NCBI GenBank assembly: GCA_027021705.1
Contig: JALUTT010000070.1
Span: 1-43,453, forward strand
Reading direction: 5' to 3'
DNA from: Anaerolineae bacterium
Lineage (GTDB): Bacteria; Chloroflexota; Anaerolineae; S140-20
Length of the DNA stretch: 43,453 bases
In this document: in pieces, positions 36,980 to 43,453 of the stretch
How positions within the stretch are numbered: position 1 is the first letter of the stretch
How the letters are laid out: each line of letters begins with the position of its first letter
Translations under genes and position numbers: made by a program
The notes under the pieces: model-generated
The model's database searches: none
The model's input: the letters and a program-made list of their open reading frames with translations, nothing else
Told to the model about the DNA's origin: nothing

Positions 36980-38164
36980 TCACCCCTCTAGAGAAATCTC
37001 TCCGACCACACGACCGCTCCTCACGTAGCGCCGCGCCACCCGGGGGAGCAGGCTGGTCGTCACCTCGTAGTTGATGGTCTCAAACCAGCCGGCCACCTCT
37101 TCCGCCGTGATCTCCTCATCCTCCTGGCGTCCGATGAGCACCACTTCGTCGTCCTGAGCGGCGTCGGGGATGTCGCTCACATCCACGACGAACTGGTCCA
37201 TGCAGACCCGCCCCAGGATAGGCGCCCGCCGTCCCCGGATGAGGACGGCCCCTCGGTTGGAGGCCAGCCGGTGGTATCCGTCCCCGTAGCCCACAGGGAC
37301 CAGGGCGACCGGCGTCGGACGGGTGGTGATGTAGGTGCGACCGTAGCTGATGCTGGACCCGGGCGGCAGGGTGCGCAGCCGGGCGACGTGGCTCTTGAGG
37401 GTCAGCGCCGGGCGGAGGGGGATGGCCGGTTCCACCTCATCCGACGGGCGCATGCCGTAGAGGATGAGGCCGGGCCGCACGGCGTCCAGGTGGGTCTCCG
37501 GCAGGTCCAGGGTGGCGGCGCTGTTGGCAGCGTGCTTGAGGGGGATGGAGAAGCCGGCTGCCTCGACGGCCTGCACGACCTCCAGGAAGCGGTTGAACTG
37601 CTGATGGGTGTAGCTCTTGTCGGCCAGGTCGGCGACGGCGAAGTGGGTGTAGAGCCCTTCCAGCGTCAGGCCGGGCAACGCGGCGAGGGCGCGGACGAAG
37701 TCCACGACCTCGTCGGGCAGCAGGCCATAGCGCCCCATCCCGGTGTCCACCTTCACGTGCACCGCCCGTCGCCGGCCGGCAGCTTCGGCCGCGGCGGAGA
37801 GGGCTTGAGCCCCTTCCGGCGTGTTCACCGTGGGCGTTAGGTCCCAGTGGACGAGGGCCGGTGCCTGGGCCGGCAGTGTGTAGCCCATAACCAGAATGGG
37901 GGCGGTGATGCCGGCCTGGCGGAGCTGGATGCCTTCCTCCAGCCGGGCGACGGCCAACCGTGTCGCGCCACTCTCCAGCACGGTCCGGGCGACGGGCACC
38001 GCCCCGTGACCGTAGGCATTGGCCTTAACGACGGCGATGATCGCCGTATCCGGCCCTACGTGGGCTTGGATCGCCCGGACGTTGTGGGCGATGGCATCCA
38101 GGTCGATCTCCGCCCAGGTCAGCCAGGGAAAATCGGGGGCGGTTTGCAAACCGCCCCGATCCAT
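36980..38164 (-). CDS. alr: Alanine racemase
   Basis: AVVKANAYGHG PLP-Lys, HVKVDTGMGR, VRPG, GYGDG, GRVCMDQ. Confidence 0.97.
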   Translation of the reverse strand: MDRGGLQTAPDFPWLTWAEIDLDAIAHNVRAIQAHVGPDTAIIAVVKANAYGHGAVPVARTVLESGATRLAVARLEEGIQLRQAGITAPILVMGYTLPAQAPALVHWDLTPTVNTPEGAQALSAAAEAAGRRRAVHVKVDTGMGRYGLLPDEVVDFVRALAALPGLTLEGLYTHFAVADLADKSYTHQQFNRFLEVVQAVEAAGFSIPLKHAANSAATLDLPETHLDAVRPGLILYGMRPSDEVEPAIPLRPALTLKSHVARLRTLPPGSSISYGRTYITTRPTPVALVPVGYGDGYHRLASNRGAVLIRGRRAPILGRVCMDQFVVDVSDIPDAAQDDEVVLIGRQEDEEITAEEVAGWFETINYEVTTSLLPRVARRYVRSGRVVGEISLEG

Positions 38165-38180
38165 CCGAGCTTGCAAGGAG

Positions 38181-38888
38181 CTACCCTCCGAGATAGGCTT
38201 CCTTGACTCGGGGGTCGGCGGCCAGTTCCTCGGCGGAACCGGCGAGCACGATGTTCCCCGTTTCCAGCACGTAACCCCGGTGAGCAAATTTGAGGGCCAG
38301 GCGGGCGTTCTGCTCCACCAGCAGGATCGTCGTACCGGCCTGGTTGATCTCTCGCATCGCCTCAAAGAGGCTCTTGACCAGGACGGGAGCCAGCCCCATC
38401 GAGGGTTCGTCCAAGAGCATCAGCTTCCCCCGGTTCATCAGAGCTCGCCCCACGGCCAACATCTGCTGCTCCCCGCCGCTCAGGGTGTCGCCCCGCTGGT
38501 GCTTGCGCTCTCCCAGCCGGGGAAAGAGGGCGAAGACCCGCTCCAGGTCCTCTTCGACCGCCTTCTTGTCCTTCCGGCTGTAGGCGGCCAGCAGCAGGTT
38601 CTCCAGGACGGTCAGGTTGCCGAAGATGCGGCGGCCTTCGGGGACGTGGGAGATGCCCAGGCGCACCACCTCGTGGGCGGGGTAGTCGAGCAGGTTCCGC
38701 CCCTCGTAGAAGATCGAACCCTCGGCGATGGGGACCATCCGGGAGATAGCTCGCAGGGTCGTCGTCTTGCCGGCCCCATTGGCGCCGATCAGGGTGACGA
38801 TCTCCCCTTCTTCCACCTCGAAGGAAATGCCGTGCAGCGCCTCGATGTTCCCGTAGCGCACCCGCAAGTTCTCCACCGAGAGCAGCAT
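38181..38888 (-). CDS. livF: HAAT ABC transporter ATPase
   Basis: GANGAGKT, LSGGEQQM, DEPSMGLAP. Confidence 0.95.
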   Translation of the reverse strand: MLLSVENLRVRYGNIEALHGISFEVEEGEIVTLIGANGAGKTTTLRAISRMVPIAEGSIFYEGRNLLDYPAHEVVRLGISHVPEGRRIFGNLTVLENLLLAAYSRKDKKAVEEDLERVFALFPRLGERKHQRGDTLSGGEQQMLAVGRALMNRGKLMLLDEPSMGLAPVLVKSLFEAMREINQAGTTILLVEQNARLALKFAHRGYVLETGNIVLAGSAEELAADPRVKEAYLGG

Positions 38889-39655
38889 CAGGCCACCTCC
38901 TCTCCCAGATAGGCCTGGATGACGCGGGGGTTCGCCTGGATCTCGGCCGGTGTCCCTTCAGCGATCGTCTCCCCGAAGTCCAGCACCTTGATTCGCTCGC
39001 AAATGCTCATGATCAGTCGCATCTGGTGCTCGATCACCCAGATGGTCAGGTGGAATTGATCCCGAATCCAGTGGATGAGGTCCAGCAGGTCCTCAATCTC
39101 GGCCGGGTTCATCCCCGCTGCCGGCTCATCCAGGAGCAACAGCCGGGGCTGGGTGGCCAGGGCGCGGGCGATCTCCACCCGCCGTTGCAGACCATAGGGT
39201 AGGTTTTGGGCTTGCTCGTAGGCATACGCTTTCAGGTCCAGTAGGTCCAGCAGTTCCAACGAGCGGTGGAGGATTTCCTTCTCCTCGGCCCAGTAGCGGG
39301 GGGTGTGGAAGAAGGCGTCGAGAAGCCCGTAGCGAACCCGGGCGTATTGGGCGATGCGGATGTTGTCCAGGACGGTGCGCTGTCCCCAGAGGCGGATGTT
39401 CTGGAAGGTGCGGGCGATGCCCAGGGCGGTGATCTGGTGGGGGCGCAGTCCCACGATGTCGGTGCCGTTGAAGCGGATCTCCCCCTCGGTGGGCCGGTAA
39501 ACGCCGCAGACCAAGTTGAAGACGGTGGTCTTGCCGGCACCGTTGGGGCCGATGAGGCCGATCAGCTCTCCCTCTTCCAGGTCCAGGTTGAAGTCGTAGA
39601 CCGCCCGCAGTCCGCCGAAGTAGTGGGTGAGGCCTCTAATCTGACACAGGGGCAT
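38888..39655 (-). CDS. livG: HAAT ABC transporter ATPase
   Basis: GPNGAGKT, ARTFQNIRL, DEPAAGMN. Confidence 0.95.
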   Translation of the reverse strand: MPLCQIRGLTHYFGGLRAVYDFNLDLEEGELIGLIGPNGAGKTTVFNLVCGVYRPTEGEIRFNGTDIVGLRPHQITALGIARTFQNIRLWGQRTVLDNIRIAQYARVRYGLLDAFFHTPRYWAEEKEILHRSLELLDLLDLKAYAYEQAQNLPYGLQRRVEIARALATQPRLLLLDEPAAGMNPAEIEDLLDLIHWIRDQFHLTIWVIEHQMRLIMSICERIKVLDFGETIAEGTPAEIQANPRVIQAYLGEEVA

Positions 39656-40715
39656 ATTCCAGCACCTCCCTTGATTCCTGCGGTGGAAGGCCGACGTCGG
39701 ACGGGGGGAAGAGAGCCCGCAGACGGGGGAAGATGTCGGTCAACTCTCGATTGCCCATCAGCCCTTCGGGCCGGAAGAGCATCAGCAGGATGAGCAGCAG
39801 GGGGATGACCACCCACTTGAAGACCTTGAGCGGGCGGAGCAGTTCCAGCAGGATGGTGAAGATGATGGCGCTCATAATGGAGCCGGTGATGCTGCCCATG
39901 CCGCCCATGTAGACCATCACCATCGCTTCGGTGGATTTGAGGATGGTAAAGGTGCCGGGGTTGATGTAGCCGCCCGGCCCGTGGGCGAAGAGGCCACCGG
40001 CGATACCGGCCAGTCCCGACGAGAGCATGAAGGCGACCACCTTCGTGCGCCGTGTGTCCACGCTCATCAGCTCGGCGGCAATTTCGTCCTCGCGGATGGC
40101 GATGACGCTCTTGCCCCGGGTCGAGGAGACAAAATTGCGGATGAGAAAGATGGTGACCAGCGCACCGATGAATGTCCAGATGAGGACCCAGGGGATGTTC
40201 AGGACTTGCTGCATGCCGTTCACCACCTTGCCCATTCCCACGAAGCCCCGAGGACCGCCGATGATCTCCATGTTCTCAATGGCGCTCTTGACGATGTAGT
40301 TGACGGCCAGGGTGATGATGGCCAGGTAGTCCCCTCGGGTGCGGAAGGATGGGATGGCCACCAGCAGGCCGGCCACGGCGGCGGCGATGCCACCGGCCAC
40401 CAGGGCGATGGGGAAGACGAAGACGCTCCACTGGGGGGAGAGCCGGGCCGGCCCCAGGTTGGGGTGGCCCGCGAACAGGATCACCGTGATGACGGAGGTG
40501 ACGTAGGCACCGACGGCCATAAAACCGGCGTGGCCACAGGAGAACTCCCCCATGTAGCCGTTGATGAGGTTCAGGCTGGTGGCCATAATCACGTTGATGC
40601 CGATGTAGAAGAGGATCAGTTGGATGTAGTCGTCGTAGATGCCACCCCACGAGGGGATCACGACGATGAGGAACAGCAGCGCGATGATCAGGGCACGGCT
40701 GTGTTTGCGCAACAT
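39636..40715 (-). CDS. livM: HAAT ABC transporter permease
   Basis: SLNLINGYMGEFSCGHAGF, RGDYLAIITL, AIREDEIAA. Confidence 0.93.
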   Translation of the reverse strand: MLRKHSRALIIALLFLIVVIPSWGGIYDDYIQLILFYIGINVIMATSLNLINGYMGEFSCGHAGFMAVGAYVTSVITVILFAGHPNLGPARLSPQWSVFVFPIALVAGGIAAAVAGLLVAIPSFRTRGDYLAIITLAVNYIVKSAIENMEIIGGPRGFVGMGKVVNGMQQVLNIPWVLIWTFIGALVTIFLIRNFVSSTRGKSVIAIREDEIAAELMSVDTRRTKVVAFMLSSGLAGIAGGLFAHGPGGYINPGTFTILKSTEAMVMVYMGGMGSITGSIMSAIIFTILLELLRPLKVFKWVVIPLLLILLMLFRPEGLMGNRELTDIFPRLRALFPPSDVGLPPQESREVLEYAPVSD

Positions 40716-40719
40716 CGTC

Positions 40720-41658
40720 CTACACCTTTTGGCGTCGGGCCACACCGAAGAGGCCGGTGGGGCGCAGGGTCAAGATGATCAGGAGGATGGTGAAGGCGAC
40801 CAGGTCGCGGTAGGTGGACGAGAGCCAGCCAAAGCCAGGTAGCCCTCCCATAGCTACCACGAAGATCTCGATGAAACCCAGCAAGTAGCCTCCGGCCATC
40901 GCCCCGCGGATCTCGCCGATGCCGCCAACGACGGCGGCGATAAAGGCTTTCCAGCCGATGAGGATGCCCATGTTGTAGGTCAGGATGGGATAGGCGGCTC
41001 CAAACATATTGCCCGCCAGAGCGGCCAGAGAGGAGCCGATGATGAAGGTGGCGACGATGATCCGGTTCACCGGCACTCCCATCAGGGGCACAGCCTCCCG
41101 GTCGTAGGAGATGGCCCGCATCGCCATCCCAATCTTCGTCTTACGCACGATCAGTTCCAGGCCGATCATCACCAGGAAGGAGAGGCCGATGATGCCGATC
41201 TTCAGGTTGCTGACGTTGACCCCGTAGATGCTGTAGACCTGAGTCTCCAGGAGGGTAGGGTACTGGCGGCGGCGGGCTCCCAGAAACCCCAGGTTGAGGT
41301 ACTCCAGCAGCAGTCCCACCATCAGCGCGGTGATGACGACGTAAAGCCGGTCGGCCCCACGCTCTCGGAGCGGGCGGTAGGCCACACGCTCAATGGTGAC
41401 GCCCACCCCGGCGGTCAGGATCATCGAGAGCAAGAGGGTGAGGGTCAGGACCAGCCAGGAGGGCATCGTGGAGCCGAAAGTGGTGAGCAGGTAGGTGCCG
41501 ATGAAGAAGCCCAGGTAGGCGCCGACCATGAAGATGTCGCCGTGGGCGAAGTTGATCAGCAACAGCACCCCATAGACCATCGTGTAGCCCAGGGCGATGA
41601 GGGCGTAGAAGCTCCCCCATTGGAGCGCATTGACGAAATGCTGGAGAAAGATACTCAT
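40720..41658 (-). CDS. livH: HAAT ABC transporter permease
   Basis: ALGYTMVYGVLLLINFAHG, KAFIAAVVGGIG, RPTGLFG. Confidence 0.95.
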   Translation of the reverse strand: MSIFLQHFVNALQWGSFYALIALGYTMVYGVLLLINFAHGDIFMVGAYLGFFIGTYLLTTFGSTMPSWLVLTLTLLLSMILTAGVGVTIERVAYRPLRERGADRLYVVITALMVGLLLEYLNLGFLGARRRQYPTLLETQVYSIYGVNVSNLKIGIIGLSFLVMIGLELIVRKTKIGMAMRAISYDREAVPLMGVPVNRIIVATFIIGSSLAALAGNMFGAAYPILTYNMGILIGWKAFIAAVVGGIGEIRGAMAGGYLLGFIEIFVVAMGGLPGFGWLSSTYRDLVAFTILLIILTLRPTGLFGVARRQKV

Positions 41659-41689
41659 CGAGCTTGCTCCTGGTGTAGGATAGGGGGAA

Positions 41690-41760
41690 AAGGGGCACTA
41701 GGCCCCGATTGGCCAGGTTTCCCCGGTTCCAACCGAGCCGAACGGGGGCCCAGTGCCCCT
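41690..41760 (-). other. Intercistronic stem-loop after the binding-protein gene
   Basis: aggggcact.ggcccc ... ggggcc.agtgcccct inverted repeat. Confidence 0.55.
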
Positions 41761-41772
41761 CAAGGCCGCCGT

Positions 41773-42954
41773 CTACGGGCAGGCTTGCTTGTAGAACTGG
41801 AACTCGCCGTTCTTGATCTGGACGATGACAGCGCACTTGATGGGATCACCCTGCTCGTCGAAGCTCATCTTGCCGGTGATCCCCTCGAACTCCTTGATGT
41901 TGGCCATCGCATCGCGGATGCACTTGCGGTCCTGCTTCAGATCGCCGGTGATCTTGCCGCAGTCCTGGATGGCCTTGCTGACGATGAGCATGGCGTCCCA
42001 GGTCAGCGCTGCCACGTCGCCGGGGATGTAGCCGTACTTGGCGTTGTACTTGTCAATGAACTCCTTGGTGGCTCCCGTCGCCCCGGCCGCCGCGTAGTGG
42101 GTGCTGAAGAAGTAGCCCTCGCACTCGTCGCCGCACAGCTCCAGGGTCTGCGGGTCGCCCCAGCTATCGCTTCCCACGATGGGGATGTCCAGCCCCAACT
42201 GGTGCGCCTGCTGGACGATCAGCGGCACCTCGTTGTAGTACTGGGGGGTAAAGAGGAACTCGGCGCCGCTGTTCTTGATCTTGGTGAGCTGGGCGCTGAA
42301 GTCGGTGTCGCCGGTGGTGAAGCTCTCGAAAGCGACCACGGAGCCGGCCCCGTGCAGGTCCTCCCACCCCTTCTTGAAGAACTCGGCCAGCCCCTTGGGG
42401 TAGTCGCTGGCCACATCGTAGAGGACGGCAGCCTTGGTGAAGCCGAACTCCTCGGTGACGAACTTGGCCATCACCGGCCCCTGGAAGCTGTCCAGGAAGG
42501 GAACCCGGAAGACCCAGGGGCGGTTGAGGGTGGTGTTGGGGTTGGTGGACCAGGGGCTGATCATCGGGGTCTCGTTGTTGTTGGCCACTTCGCCGGCCGG
42601 CACCGCCTGCTTGCTGGCCTGGGGCCCGACGATGACCAGCACCTTGTCCTGGGTGATGAGCTTGGTGTTGACGGCCGTGGCCGACTCGGCTTTGGACTCG
42701 TTGTCCTCGATGACCAGGGTGAGCTTGTACTTCTTCCCGCCTACCTCCAGGCCACCGGCCCCGTTGATCTCCTCCACGTACATCTCGGCGGCGAACTTGG
42801 TCTGCTCACCCACTTTGGGAATGTCGCCGGTGAGCGGTGCGTTGATGCCGATCTTGATCTCCGCCGGAGCAGCTTTCCCGCCACCGCAGGCGGTGAGCAG
42901 CGCGGTCCCGATGAGGATCAGGACCATCAGCAAACCGAACCCTTTTCTGGACAT
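41773..42954 (-). CDS. livK: Amino-acid ABC transporter substrate-binding lipoprotein (LivK/LivJ type)
   Basis: Lipobox LTAC, IKIGINAPLTG, DFSAQLTKIK, GITGKMSFD. Ligand not determined. Confidence 0.9.
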   Translation of the reverse strand: MSRKGFGLLMVLILIGTALLTACGGGKAAPAEIKIGINAPLTGDIPKVGEQTKFAAEMYVEEINGAGGLEVGGKKYKLTLVIEDNESKAESATAVNTKLITQDKVLVIVGPQASKQAVPAGEVANNNETPMISPWSTNPNTTLNRPWVFRVPFLDSFQGPVMAKFVTEEFGFTKAAVLYDVASDYPKGLAEFFKKGWEDLHGAGSVVAFESFTTGDTDFSAQLTKIKNSGAEFLFTPQYYNEVPLIVQQAHQLGLDIPIVGSDSWGDPQTLELCGDECEGYFFSTHYAAAGATGATKEFIDKYNAKYGYIPGDVAALTWDAMLIVSKAIQDCGKITGDLKQDRKCIRDAMANIKEFEGITGKMSFDEQGDPIKCAVIVQIKNGEFQFYKQACP

Positions 42955-43402
42955 ATTTCTCCTCCTTGTCGTGCTCTTAGGTGGTCAAGCGCCCTTCCCC
43001 GGTCTCCCTAAGAACCTCGGTAGGGAGTTCTCAGGGTGTCCTGGACCCTACTGGTGAAGCGGAATTCAACTGTGGCTCTGTAAAGCATCACCCCCTTTCT
43101 GCGACCCCTCAACGGTTCGGTTCCCTGTCTTGGGCTGCCTCGGTTAGCTGGTGTTCTTGGCTGTGTATCTGGCAGGAGACAGGGTGCAGAAATGTGCGGA
43201 TGGCCGGGCACAGAGTGGCAGATGCCAGAAGACAAGGGATTCCATAGGCCATAGAGAGGTAAAAGAAGTTAGGAGGAGACGGTGCCCTGCTCTGGCGGTC
43301 ATAGGGCATTTCAGATCAGGCCTGAGAAGCTCTGTTTTCTTGTTGTCGGGAGGAGGAATGAACAGACGGGAGAACGACGGGTTGGATCACAAAACCGGCC
43401 CT

Positions 43403-43431
43403 AGTATACATCAAAATCGGGGATTTGACAA
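43403..43431 (-). promoter_or_regulatory. Candidate promoter of the liv operon
   Basis: TTGTCA-17bp-TATACT, about 440 nt upstream of the livK start. Confidence 0.6.
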
Positions 43432-43453
43432 TAATCTGGAGCGGTTGGCTGCC

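Overview
GC-rich bacterial chromosomal window. The gene set and protein families suggest Chloroflexota (Anaerolineae-like), which is an inference. Left to right: the end of an IS630-like element cutting into a small membrane gene; a large secreted Asp-box propeller/lipase protein whose natural start is out of frame at a G9 tract; a YfhO-like glycosyltransferase fused to a flippase; an orphan gene, a GNAT and DUF503; a minus-strand polysaccharide operon (two wzz-like genes, cpsD-type kinase, MNT-HEPN pair, rfbA, rfbB, methyltransferase) in which rfbB carries a 515-aa LAGLIDADG intein; a plus-strand run (metal hydrolase, second MNT-HEPN pair, comEA, comEC, USP, maf, DUF2630-like, NifB/NifX-like); scpB and an FHA protein; and a long minus-strand run livK-H-M-G-F, alr, a Zn-ribbon DNA methyltransferase plus putative endonuclease, gcvH-PA-PB, yraN, miaA. 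Non-coding signals: three copies of a ~122-bp MITE-like structured repeat (two with imperfect 8-bp target duplications), a promoter- and terminator-bounded ~175-nt candidate sRNA, a long liv leader with an orphan extended Shine-Dalgarno, and REP-like hairpins. No CRISPR array, rRNA or tRNA was seen. All family calls come from motif recognition by eye, not database searches.
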